A stretch of DNA of 64,000 nucleotides from Octopus vulgaris. Lineage: Eukaryota. Shown here in pieces: positions 26,140-38,729 of this stretch. The notes beneath the pieces were generated by a model that searched no databases, was not told the origin of the DNA, and saw only the letters and a program-made list of their open reading frames with translations. The stretch covers positions 106,578,001 through 106,642,000 of the forward strand of contig OX597816.1 in NCBI GenBank assembly GCA_951406725.2, written 5' to 3'. The stretch's first letter is position 1. Each line of letters begins with the position of its first letter. The translations under genes were made by a program, and so were the position numbers.

Positions 26140-27501
26140 GTGGATATGTGGTTGTATAGGTTTAAAAATTTCCTTCTTGACCACATGGTTTCAGGTTCAG
26201 CCCCAGTGTGGTACCTTGGGCATTTGTCTTCTACTGTAGCCCTAGACTGACAACAGCCATGATAATCATTTTGAATAAATGGAAACAAAAAGAAGCCCTG
26301 TGTATGTGTGTGTGTGTTTTCTGTCTTCTGTCTTATAATTGTAAATGAGTTAGGCAGGCCAGTTTATGGGGTTATAAACCAGCCTACCCCACTATAATAT
26401 CAACTGCTCTACATCTTTGAGTGTGCTTCTCCTCCAGATTTATGTATTTCTATAACCAATATATATTTATCTTTTATTTTTTGGGTGTTTCAGTCATTTA
26501 ACTGCAGCTATGGTGGGGGACTGCCTTAAAGAACTTTTAGTTGAATGAATCAACCCCAGTACTTATTTTTGTTAAGTATGAAATTCTATCAGTCTCTTTT
26601 GCCAAACCACTAAGTTACTGGAACATAAACCAACACCAATTGTCAAGTAGTAGTGAAGGACAGACACAAAGACACAGACACACGCATACATGACAGCTTC
26701 TTTCAGTTTCTGTCTACCAAATTAATTCACAAGGTTTTGGTCAGCCTGAGGCTATAGTAGAAGACACTTGACCAAGGTACCATGCAGTGGGACTGAACCC
26801 AGAACCATGTGGTTTGAAAACAAGCTTCTTACCACACAGCCACACCTGTGCCCATGACAGGCTTTTTTCAGTTTCCTTCTACCAAAACCACTCACAAGGT
26901 TTTGGTTGGCTCACATCTATACAGCAGAAGACGCTTATCTAAGGTGCCACAAACAGGTATTGAATCTGAAATCTTGCAGCTGGGAAGCAAACTTCTTACC
27001 ACACAGGATTTTGCAGGGTATGAATGGAAAACCCAAGAACGACTCTAGGCGGAACAAATTCCAGCTATGTCACTCCTGGTGAACCACTAAAGGACCATCA
27101 TTATAGCTCCATTCACATCTAATATGTTTTACAGGGGAATAGATATGCTCCAGTGCTGATGCTTTATTTTATCAATCCAGGTAGGGAGAAAGGCTAAGTT
27201 AAACTTACTGGACTTTGAATTCTGGCCCTTTTGGAAATAGCAGTAAACCCTGCCCTCTTGAAAAGGGAGGGCACCATTAAATAATGTAGCTTTTTTCTTT
27301 TACTTTTATTTGTTTCAGTCATTTGACTGCAGCCATGCTAGAGCACCGCTTTTAGTCAGGCAAATCGACCCCAGGACTTATTCTTTGTAAGCCTAGTACT
27401 TATTCTATCGGTCTCTCTTGCTGAACCGCTAAGTGATGGGAACGTAAACACACCAGCATCGGTTGTCAAGCGATGTTGGAGGGACAAACACAGACACACA
27501 A

Positions 27502-27538
<37 letters not shown>

Positions 27539-28225
27539 ACAGCCTTCTTTCAGTTTCCATCTACCAAATCCACTCACAAGGCTTTGGTCAGCCCGAGGCT
27601 ATAGTAGAAGACACTTGCCCAAGGTGCCATGCAGTGGGACTGAACCCAGAACCATGTGGTTGGTAAGCAAGCTACTTATCACACATACAACTAGCTGTAA
27701 ATATTCATTTCTGAAGAGGATAGGCTGGTTACGGATGGAATATAGCTCAACATAGCTTTGCTTAGTCAAGGATGACCAAGGGTTAAACAACAGCAACAGA
27801 GATTACCTGAAGATTGTGGTTGTGATTATTGTTACTGTTTAGCTCCAAATCAACCTTCATTGAACAGACCTAGAATCAAAGATATACACTCAGCTCCTGA
27901 TTATCCCATCTTCTTAATTCAGATCTTGTAGTTTGAGTCAAATGACTGAGTTATAGGACAATAATGACAGCACTGCTTCCAAAGCAGAGTAAACACAAAT
28001 GAAAACACAGGACAACTCACATACATACACACACACACGTCTGCGTGTGTGTGTGTGTGTGTGTGTGACAGGCTTCTACACAGTTTCTGTCTACCAAATT
28101 TTACTGATAAGGCATTAGTCAATCTTAGGGTATAAATAAAAGACTCTCACACCCAAGGTGTCACACAGCAGGACTGATACAAAACTACTCAGTTTCAAAG
28201 TGAACTCATTAACCACACAGCCATG
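26140..28225. mobile_element. Intronic cluster of family A SINEs (26140-26300 +; 26485-26850, 26855-27005, 27295-27685, 28065-28225 -)
   Basis: Repeated matches to the 5710-6100 element (cagtttc..tctaccaaat..actcacaagg, gggactgaacccagaaccatgtgg). Confidence 0.88.
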
Positions 28226-29248
28226 CATCATGCATGCATCCCCCCCACACACACACACACAGATATATTAACATTTTTGGTACCTGTTCTATATATCTAA
28301 ATCTATCTACCTACTTATCTATCTATCTATCCACCTATAAACTATAATATACAATTTATTTCTTCTTGAAAAAAATAATTCTTAACTTATTGTATATAAT
28401 TCTCAGGTGCACTTACAATACATTAAAAGTTACTATCTTTTATCAAAATATTTCTGCACGATTCTAATTACACATATTTAAAGTATTCTTCTGTCTTGAA
28501 CTATAAAGAAAAAAATTTAAAAAACATGGAGCTTCAACACTGACCTGCTACAAACAGTAACCAAACTTCCCTCAAATCCAACTTTATTATGTTAAAAAAT
28601 ATATTGGGTAAAATAGACCTGAATATACACTGTCTGCAAAAAGATGGGGCAGTAACAACTTGATTGCTTTCAATCATATAGGTCTGCTCAAATCAGGGCT
28701 GGCCTAAGACCAAACCACACCAACGACAGAAACAACATGGAGTTTAACTAAATATTTTAACATACCTTCTATTTTTGGATAATTAAAAAAATATTTAAGT
28801 AAGACTTAAAATGTGAATTAAAGATGAAGGAAACTCTTCAAAAGTCATTCAAAGAATGACTATATAAGAAATAAGCTATAGGGAATGGAATGATAATACG
28901 TAAATCAAAATAAACAGTATATAATAAGCTGTTGAAAGTCAAACAGAAATCCTAATATAATTTCCAAGCCAGAAGACAAATGTCTATTGATTGTGTTTGA
29001 TATTTTAACCTTTTAAACAGACTTCATCTCGTTACTTTAGCAACTTCAGATCTTTACATAGTTTTAATGTTACTTCACACATCAACATATAGAAACTAAT
29101 AAATGCAAAATGATCAGTCACGAGGGAGGGCAGAATTAAATGATTCATTGCTGCTCAAACATAATGCAGCACATGTTAAAAATGTACGCAATGCTAGACT
29201 TCAAAAAATATAAAAATGATCAAGTAAAATGTTGTTTGATCTACTCAC

Positions 29249-29488
29249 ATGTTTTAATGCCTGAGTCATCATAGACAATACCACTATCTCTTCCAGAAGC
29301 TTTAGAATATTCCACATCTTCATGCATAGCATTGTCTCTAGCACCAAGCCTTTTGTTACGCTGACGTTGGCAGTGTTTATAAATTGCAAAGCCACACAGG
29401 CCACATACAACTGCGCCAAGCAGGGCACAATAAATTGGAATTACATCAATGCGCGTTTCTTCATAACGGCTTGCATAACCTTTGCCAG
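29249..29488 (-). CDS. Internal exon of a p75NTR/NGFR (TNFRSF16)-like receptor: stalk end, transmembrane helix, juxtamembrane region
   Basis: Acceptor cttattttgcag|CT, donor ACAT|gtgagt, 240 nt, phase 1-1; IDVIPIYCALLGAVVCGLCGFAIYK...RDSGI resembles vertebrate p75 NLIPVYCSILAAVVVGLVAYIAFK...SDSGI. Confidence 0.9.
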
Positions 29489-30000
29489 CTGCAAAATAAG
29501 AAACCATATTTGAAAAATATTTTTCAAACAACCATTATATATATACCTCTGGATTCAGTCAATAAAAAAATCAAAGAAAGAAAGAAAGCAGGTTTATATA
29601 CAAGAAATTATAGGGTATGCAATAGATAATAAATAGAAGAGCTACATAGTGATAGAAATTAGCCCTTTATGCATGGTCACAGTTCAGATAGATCATTAGA
29701 GTGCAGACCTACAGGCAGAAGTGGAAGGTTACTACCAACACAGTGCTGCATCTCTAGTAAAGCCATGAGACTGCCATTGACTAAGCTTATTTTGATGTGA
29801 AGCTGCTGTTCCCTTTGAATGAGTTACAGTAGTATTTCTGAAACAGTTACCAAAAAAAAAAAAAAAATTATATATCTCTCTTAATATGAAAAAATGCTTA
29901 TGGACATGTTATAAAATAATCCATAAGGGCTAAAACACAACATTTACTGCAAACAAAACTGTGGAATGAAAAGTATCAAATGGATAAGCTTTTGATTTAA

Positions 30001-30230
30001 ATCTTTAGCTTTCAAACTGGCATATCCAGCTCAGATATTCTACCTATTTTATGTTTAAACTGCTAGATCCAATCTTTCACACCTACTCTACAATGTCACT
30101 CTAAAAATAAACAATTATGTCATTGGAATCTTGAAGTTATGAGATAATGTATAATTAATTGTAAAAAAAATAAGTATAATAAATAAATAAATAAGCTTTA
30201 CATTTGAAAGGGAATCTGAATGCCAAATGA
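30001..30230. mobile_element. TTAA-flanked MITE (piggyBac-like), decayed
   Basis: ttaa|atctttagctttca ... tgaatgccaaatga|ttaa (degenerate TIRs, TTAA on both sides). Confidence 0.65.
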
Positions 30231-30896
30231 TTAAGTATTTAAAAATATGGATCTTGGAGAAATATTGATTTGCAAAAATGTGTTGCTATTTCTAGCAGGT
30301 TGGCTGACTGTATAGAGGCTCCATTGTTGGCTGATATAAGACAGTGTACAACAGAGGGCAGCAGGTTAACTGGCAATCACGAGTAAGATTTACAGTTCAG
30401 ACATTTGTAGAGACCTCATTTTGTCTGTTATGTTAGTGTGTCGCCAATGAAAGATTATTAATCTGTCAGCTACTTTAGCTCTTTAAACAATAATCAAACT
30501 ATCTTCTCTCTCTCTTCTCTCTGCAGCAATGTGTTTAGTTGAATGAGAAATCTTTTTGGTGATGTCCATTTCTACTATTTTGAAAATGTTTATTACCTTA
30601 TTTTCTCTTTACTAATAGCTGTTAACAGCTTGTACACATTTGACCTTATAAACAAGAAAATACACATGGACACTTTCTACAACATAAATTATTTTACTTG
30701 ACTTTGTGAAACAAGAAAATATGAATGTACATTCTCACAATACATTGTGCACACCTAATTTTATAACAATATTGAATATTAATGTATTTTTTAGAGTTGT
30801 ATTTACAAATCATGTGTTATATTATTATCAATGAATTATTGCACCAACAAGACAGGAAGAGGTCTATACAAGTAAAGGGAAAATTATGTAAAATAT

Positions 30897-31050
30897 AGGC
30901 ACAGGTGGGGCTGTGTGGTAGGAAGTTTGCTTCACATACACATGGTTCAGAGTTCAGTTCCACTGCACAGCACCCTGGGTATGTGTCTTCCCCTATAGCT
31001 TCATTCCAAACAAAGCCTTGTGAGGGGATTTAGTAGACAAACTGAAAGAT
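30897..31050 (+). mobile_element. Family A SINE 5' half
   Basis: aggcacaggtggggctgtgtggtaggaag...gagttcagttccactgc. Confidence 0.85.
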
Positions 31051-31054
31051 GAGG

Positions 31055-31089
<35 letters not shown>

Positions 31090-31114
31090 AGTGTGTATGT
31101 AAAGTAAATATAAC

Positions 31115-31305
31115 AAATAATCCAGCATCCTTGTCCGGTACCGGATAAATCCCCAAATCAATTCAGTTCGTGCCAGTTACGAGGTCAAACATCCCTGAAA
31201 ATTCCATCCAAATCCATCCAGCAGTTCTTGAGATATCTTGTCCATGGACAAACAAACAAACATGACTGAAAACAATACCCCCGCCTTCGCTAAAACAGAG
31301 ATAAT
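31115..31305 (+). mobile_element. Helitron/Helentron-like non-autonomous fragment
   Basis: aaattccatccaaatccatccagcagttcttgagatatc, (acaa)n tract and terminal aaaacaatacccccgccttcgc, a layout I recall from this class. Confidence 0.55.
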
Positions 31306-31689
31306 GAATCATATAGAACAATACAGCCACAAAATATACAAAAAAGAAGAATCACAGCATGAACATTTCCAGACATAAGACTTTGAAGTGATGTGCTCAG
31401 TTTGAAAGAGAACAGAAGTAATAAGTAACATGGTGTCTGGAATTTGTAGTGTTAAGATACTTTACTGCAAATTAGTGTCTAGATTCTGTAGAGAACTCTA
31501 AGATAAATCAAGACAGTTGATGTTGGGAACTGTAGAATAAAAGTTATGTAGTAATTTAGACAAACAATATATATACTTAACACACATACACGCACATATA
31601 AAGCAGAAGAAATGAATATTTATTACAAAACCAATATTAGACAATCCTCACAAATAATTTAATTGAAATTATTATTATTGTTATTGGTG

Positions 31690-32140
31690 GTGAGCAAGCA
31701 GAATTGTTAGCATGCCAGGCAAAATGCTCAGCAGCATTTCATCCGTCTTTATGTTCTGAGTTCAAATTTTACCAAGGTCAACTTTGCTTTTTATCCTTTC
31801 AGGGTCGATAAAATAAGTACCAGTTGAGTACTGGGGTTGATGTAATCAACTAGTCCCCTCCCCACAAAATTGCAGGCCTCGTGCCTATAGTAGAAAGGAT
31901 TATTATTGTTATTATTAAGGCAACTAGCTAGCAGAATCATTAGCCAGCCAAGCAAAATGCTTAGGTGTATTTTGTCCATCTTTACAATCTGAGTTCAAAC
32001 TCAGCCAAGGTTGGCTTTGCCTTTTATCCTTTCAGGCTCAAAAAAATAATTACCAGTTGAGCACTGGGGTCAATGTATTTGACTTACCCTTCCCCTGAAT
32101 TTGCCGCCTTTGTACCAAAATTTGAAACCATTATTATTAT
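31690..32140 (+). mobile_element. Two tandem family B SINEs
   Basis: ttctgagttcaaa...tttgc.ttt.atcctttcaggg..gataaaataagtaccagttgag twice, each ending in (ATT)n. Confidence 0.88.
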
Positions 32141-32149
32141 TAGTGACAC

Positions 32150-32420
32150 TTGTTTATTGATCATGCTTCAAAAATCCTGCGAAGGACTCCTGCAGTTCCA
32201 AGCAGTGATGATTCTTGTAGTTGTTCTAGCTTTACATTCATTCCAATCTTTTTGAGCCATGTTGGTAGTTGGGTACTGACATTTCCAAGTGCACTAATCA
32301 ATATTGGTATCTCATCCACTTTCTTCATTGACCACAATCTGCATATCCACATAATCTCTGTTCTATATTTTCAAACAGTTCCAGCTCCTTTTCATTCTCT
32401 GTTCATTTGTTGTCTGTATC
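32150..32420 (-). pseudogene. 3' fragment of an RLE-type (R4/Dong-like) non-LTR retrotransposon
   Basis: RLWSMKKVDEIPILISALGNVS...WLKKIG...LQESSLLGTAGVLRRIFEA* matches the IPVVIGALG...LQKxxLLGTARILR C-terminus of RLE elements. Confidence 0.8.
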
Positions 32421-32659
32421 CTCTGACTGACATGCCATTTGCATCCACTGGAATGCTCCAATAGTAACACATCGTAACCATCATGTTTGCTTGTTTACTC
32501 CACTCTCATCTCACAGCATGGCTAACAGTTTAAAAACAGTAATTAAAAAAAAATAACTTTAATATTTCCTTAAGAAAAGAATCAAATGTTAAGTGCACCA
32601 AATTGGAATATATTCCTTTATTTTATGCCACTCAGTCAAGGAGAGTTTGTCTTGTCTTA

Positions 32660-32850
32660 TTTGGCGACCAGTGCTGGTTCCACATAAAAAGCACCCAGTC
32701 CACATTGTATAGCGGTTGGCATTAGGAAGGGCATCGAGCTGTAGAAACCATGCCAAAACAAACAATAGAGCTTGGTACAGCCCTCCAGTTTGCCAGCTCT
32801 TGTCAAACCATCCAACCCATGTCAGCATGGAAAACAGATGTAAAACAATG
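32660..32850 (+). mobile_element. RTE-type 3' tail fragment
   Basis: cacataaaaagcacc...ggttggcattaggaagggcatcgagctgtagaaac. Confidence 0.75.
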
Positions 32851-33246
32851 ACACCACTGAAATCTACACTGCTGCCATCTATGTCAACAGAAAAATGTGT
32901 CCAGAAAAGGTTGCAATGGTAAACAGTTGGGAAACTCAACTCAGGATTACATATTTATGTATATATATAATTTAATATATATATTGTATAAAATTATATG
33001 TATAATACAACAGTTATGAAGTATAACACATTGTACACCATAAGTAAAAGATATAGATAGGTTTTGTTTGTTTCAATTAGACATAAGTTATTGAAATTTG
33101 TCTGAAAAATATAATTTACTGACAGAAATTATATATATGTATATCAAATGTATGTATGTGTGTGTATATAAATATATATGTATAGAAATGTGTGTGTATA
33201 TATATGAATATGTATATATATATATATATACGTGTGCATATATGAT

Positions 33247-33277
<31 letters not shown>

Positions 33278-33606
33278 GTACATATGTATAGGTATATGTG
33301 TGTGTGTATATATGATATACATATATACATACACACAAGCATACACACACGTCTGTTTATATATTTTAGATTAGTTCGATTTTTTCACGCGACAAAACAT
33401 CTCATCTCATTGTAATTTCAAAAGTGAACACCTTTCACTATAATTATATTTTAGAATATCTTGGCTTTGGAAATTTTTCACATGTGTATATATATATAAA
33501 AAAAAAACATGTGTATGTTTGTGTGTGTATGTATGTATATGTTTATATTTTATACATATGTATATCCATGCATATGTGTGTGTGTATAGACATGTGTGTT
33601 AGTGTA

Positions 33607-33654
<48 letters not shown>

Positions 33655-33756
33655 CACATGAGTATAGATAGGTATATGTAAGTTTATATATTACAGATAC
33701 ACAGATGGATAGATATTTACACATAGAAATATATCTATCTTTATATATATATACTG

Positions 33757-33884
33757 TTGTGTCTGGGGAGAATCATTTTCTTTTTGTGCCTTATAATCTA
33801 ACACACACACCGGTAAAATTTCCGCTTATTTCTTATTTTTATTTTCCTAAAATTTTCATTGTGTCTTGCAACCTTTTCAATAGT
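33757..33884 (+). mobile_element. Half copy of the palindromic MITE at 22788-23055
   Basis: gtgtctggggagaatcattttctttttgtgccttat ... gtcttgcaaccttttcaatagt, ending at the palindrome axis. Confidence 0.85.
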
Positions 33885-33889
33885 TTTGA

Positions 33890-35715
33890 CTACCTAGCCA
33901 ACGATAAACCTCAATGCTTGGCTTTTGTGGATTTGGAGAAAGCCTTTGACAGGGTCCCCCGATCCCTTATCTGGTGGGCGATGCAGAAACTAGGGATTGA
34001 AAAATGGTTAATAAGGGCTGTACAGGCTCTATACAGAGATGCCATTAGTAAGGTTAGGGTTAGCAATGAGTATAGTGAAGAATTCCAGGTAGAGTTAGGG
34101 GTCCACCAAGGATAAGCCCTCAGTCCCCTCTCATTCATCATAGTCCTCCAGGCAATAACAGAAGAATTCAAGACAGGTTGCCCCTGGGAGCTCCTCTATG
34201 TTGATGACCTGGCCCTCATAGCAGAATCACTACCAGAGCTAGAAAAGAAATTTCAGGTGTGGAAGCAAGGTTTAGAATCGAAGGGCCTTAGAGTCAATGT
34301 TGCAAAAACTAAAGTCTTAGTAAGTAGGAAGGTGAACACATCACACCCCTCTGCAGGTAGATGACTCTGCTCGATCTGTAGAAAAGATGTAGGTAGAAAC
34401 TCCATAAGTGTACCCAGTGTAAGCTATGGATACATAAGAGGTGCAGCAACATCAAAGGAAGATCAACCAGGAAGATAGCTTTCATGTGCTGCAGATGCAC
34501 AGGGGCAATAAACACCACAGATGCTCAAAAAACAGATTCCATTACATGCCAGGGGGAGAAACTAGAAGTAGTTGATACCTTCCGCTACCTAGGCAACCAA
34601 GTCTGTAGTGGGGGTAGTTTCTCAGAGAGTGTTACCACTAGAACGGGCAAGGTTCAGAAAGCTTCTACCCCTACTGGTGACAAAGGGCCTCTCACTCAGA
34701 GTGAAAAGTAGATTGTACAATGCATGTGTGTGAACTGACATGCTTCACAGCAGTGAAACATGGGCCGTGACTGCTGACGGCATATGTAGGCTCAAAAGAA
34801 ATGAAACTAGCATGATCCACTGCATGTGTAATGTCAGTGTGCACACACAACAGAGTGTAAGCACCTTGAGAGAAATGTTGGACATAAGCATGAGATGTAG
34901 TGTACAAGAGAGATGTCTGTACTGGTATGGTCATGTACTACAGATGGATGAGGAGAGTTGTGTGAAGAAGTGCCACTCCAAAACAGTGGAAGGAACCCTT
35001 GGTAGGGGAGACCCAGGAAGACATGGGATGAGGTGGTGAAGCATGACCTTCAAACGTTGGGCCTTACAGAGGCAATGATGAAAGACCAAGACCTCTGGAG
35101 ATTTGCTGTGATTGAGAAGACCTGGCAAATAAAGTTAGATCACAGTTGTAGCTTACACCAGTGTTGCATAACCAGCCCACTCAAAAAGTACCTTGGATTG
35201 TAGGGCGACATGCCATGTTTGAGGAGACCCATTGATCAAGTACATCAACATCAAAATCGAATCAAGCCACAATCAAATGGAAAATGTAGTTGTGACTGAT
35301 GCCAGCATCACCTGTCTGGGTCCCCAACCAGTGACACATAAAAAGCACCATCCTAACGTGGGCAATGCCAGCCTCCTTGCCCTGACTGGCTCTTGTGCCA
35401 ATGGCACGTAAAAAAGCACCATCCAAACATGGCTGATGCCAGTGCTGCCTTGACTGGCTCCCATGCTGGTGGAACATAAAAGCACCATCTAAACATGGTC
35501 GATGCCAGCCCCCTGTGACTCCCGTACCAGTGGAACATATAAAGCACCATCCAAATGTGGTCAATGCTAGCCCCCTCTGGCCCCTATGCAGGTGGCACAT
35601 AAAAAGCATTCACTACACTCTCAGAGTGGTTGGTATTAGGAAGGGCATCCAGCTGTAGAAACACTGCCAGATGAGATTGGAACCTGGTGCAGCCTCCTGG
35701 CTTCCCAGACACCCA
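33890..35715 (+). mobile_element. 5'-truncated RTE LINE: RT with PHD insertion, C-terminus and 3' UTR with ~65-bp tandem repeats
   Basis: AFVDLEKAFDRVPR, GVHQG, ELLYVDDL, GLRVNVAKTK, FRYLG, SETWAVT, LYWYGHVL; stops and frameshifts; aaaagcaccatc units at 35340-35610. Confidence 0.95.
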
Positions 35716-36077
35716 GTCTTTAAAATTGCATTTTCAAACCTTCTTTTATATATATTTCCACTTGTGCGGTACTTTACAACTTTACTTTGTTATATATGTG
35801 TGTGTATATATATATATATAGATCAGGACAATGTGTGTGTGTGTGTGTATACATATATATATATAAACGAAGGCAAACACACTGTCTTAGAGATAATGTG
35901 AATGAATACTTTGATTTCATGATTCACTCAGTGCCAAATATCTAATCGTTATGTGAATTCACATAAAATACTGTTATAAATGATGTTTATGATCTCACTG
36001 ATGAGATTTCTAAACTGTTACAGAAAGAGCAAAAAACTGAGATTAGGCATAATTAATGATTTAATTTAGAAATAATA

Positions 36078-36720
36078 AGCATGGCTGTGTGGTAAGAAAC
36101 TTGCTTCCCAACCACATGGTTCCAGGTTCACTACTACAGTGGCACCTCAGGCAAGTGTTTTCTACTATAGCTTCGGACTGACAAAAGACCAAAGCCTTGT
36201 GAATGGATTTGGTAGGTAGAGACTCAAAGAAGCCCATCACACACACACGCACACATACACACACACACATATATATATATTTGCGTGTGTGTCTATGTTT
36301 GTCTTCCACCACTGCTTGACAACTAGTGCTGGTGTGTTTACATCCCCCATAACATAGGAGTTCAGCAAAAGAGACTGATAAAATAAGTACCAGGCTTAAA
36401 AAATAAAAAGTACTGTGGTTGATTCATTTGACTAAAATTCCTGAAGGCAGTGCCCCAGCATGGCCACAACCTAATAACTGAAACAAGTAAAAGAATAAGA
36501 AAATTGAAATATCTCTTCTTTGTTTTGTTTTTAAATATATTTTTTTTAATATTGGCATACATGCATACCTGGGTGGTTTAGAAGCATGCTTCCAAACCAT
36601 GTGGTCTAGGGTTCAGTTCCACTGCATGGCATCTTGGGTAAGTGTCTTCCACTATAGCCCCAGGCCAACCAAAGCCTTGAGTGGATTTGCTAGACAAAAA
36701 CTGAAAGAAGCTTGTTGTGC
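36078..36720 (+). mobile_element. Full-length family A SINE plus a following SINE head
   Basis: gcatggctgtgtggtaagaaacttgc ... actgaaacaagtaaaaga at ~36495; second head at 36570-36715. Confidence 0.88.
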
Positions 36721-38729
36721 ATGTGTATGAGTGTATAATTGTCAAAACTCTGGATTTTTGTGGATTTCCAGTCAATGAGGAAGCATCTATCTTGTTGCTC
36801 AATTTGCTTGAAATTGCAATCAAATGTCTCTAAAAGCACTTCTTAACAGTTTACAAGATTTACTCCTGTATTTCTGTTCAGTCAAGGCTGATCTGGGACT
36901 AAAGGTTATGCTAAACTTTTCATAAGTAGAAATAAGCTTTTTTATGTTAACATTTTGATGATATGTAAAGAAAGATTAAGGTAGCACAAGCTGGCATTTC
37001 ATCAGTCTTTATTTTCTGAGTTAAATTCCATCTGAGTCAACTTTGCCTTTCATCCTTTCAGGATTGATAAAATAAGTACCAGTGAAACACTGGAATCAAT
37101 AAAATAAGTACAAGTTGGGCATTGATGTAATTGTCTTATCGTTCCCTGAAATTGCTGGCCTTGTGCCAAAATTTGAAACCAATATGTAAAGAAAGATTTG
37201 AATTCCTAATCAGTGAGTCAAATTGTTGATTGCTTTCAATGAAACAGAAATTATTTATTTTTCTATTTATTTATTTGTTTGTTTAGCAATTTTAGTTACG
37301 TAAATTAGGTGCCAATGACATTGACGTGGAATGTTGTCTGCAGCATTGAATGGATTACGATTTTACATAGAAAGGGAGTTATCTTTTACCTCCTATACAG
37401 AATATTATGAAATCTGAAGCTAAGCACTTGCCTTATGAGTCCTAGTGGACATGGAGAAGAGGACTTCACTAGGAAATATTTACTTTAATTTACCAACAGA
37501 ATAGAGCAAAATATTACACTACTAAATGTTATCTTCCATCATTTATAGCATCTCCTTTCCAATGAAATTCATATATGGAGATTGGTTTGATCTTTTTGAC
37601 CTTCAAACATTCTGATGATCAAATGATTGACTTTTGTAGCAATCAATCGCATAAAACCTTATACATTACATATAACACATAAAAGCCTACCCTCTGTCAT
37701 TGTTACAATACATCACACATCATTTATAACAACCACCAACAACCAGCACTCACACCGCTGTTGACCTTCAACAACAATAATGTGCAACACATCTTCCTCT
37801 ATCACCATAATATCCCCACACTTGATCAATCACCCCCACTCATAACATATCACTTAATATAACAACCTATCATGTTATTCTACCTTAATACATCATTCTT
37901 TACCACCACACAAAACCACACCATCCTACATCAATAAAATACACCACCACTGTATATATTGCCCTCTACTTCCACTGTGACAATGAGCAAATGTTGTTTA
38001 ATCTACTGAAATAGCTGCTAAATATCCTTCAAATTACTTCTTACTGTTTTATGTAAAATAACAGTGGCCCTATATGTAAGAAATAGACAAGATGGTCATG
38101 CCTGGAATTCTTTTGATCATGAATCTACTTGGTCAGAGCTGATCTGGGACTAAACATCAGTAACAACTTCAACAACAACAACTGTGTTACCTGCCACCAG
38201 ATATCACATTTTATTAATCCAACACATGCTTCTTATACCCTGTTAAGTTCCACATATTCTCATCTACAACTACATCAATCTTCTATTACATCCTCCACTG
38301 TAAGAACCTATAATATCAGCTAGAGACCTATCCACCAACAAAACATTAGAAAAGAAACACACAACAAACAGAATAAAGTACCAGTCTCAACACTAATTCA
38401 AAGTTGAAAAAGTACAACAAATGAATTAGCAATGAGGCTTGAACTGACCTACTAATAGCCACCTCAACCATTTTACCAATTATATTGCACAGTATTTACA
38501 TTCTTTTCTCACAGATATTTTGCAAAAGAAGGGAGTGCAAACTTAATGGGGGTTTAATCAGTGGCAAGGTTATCCAGCAATTTTTGTTGTTCTTTATTCA
38601 ATCTCAGTTTGGTGTTTGCAAAAATATAAGGTTTAATATTGTTAACAGACATACATATCAACACCTTTTCTCTCCCTCCCTATGATGATGATGATGATGA
38701 TATTGATGATAGGGATTCAAACTTATGCA

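Noticed and set aside
35340-35610. CRISPR-like repeat-spacer array
   Set aside because: Spacers are mutually similar, the context is a eukaryotic LINE 3' UTR, and there are no cas genes
35991-36048. atctca-CTGATGA...tgagat hammerhead-like motif
   Set aside because: Stem I pairs, but the GAAA and cleavage triplet cannot be placed convincingly
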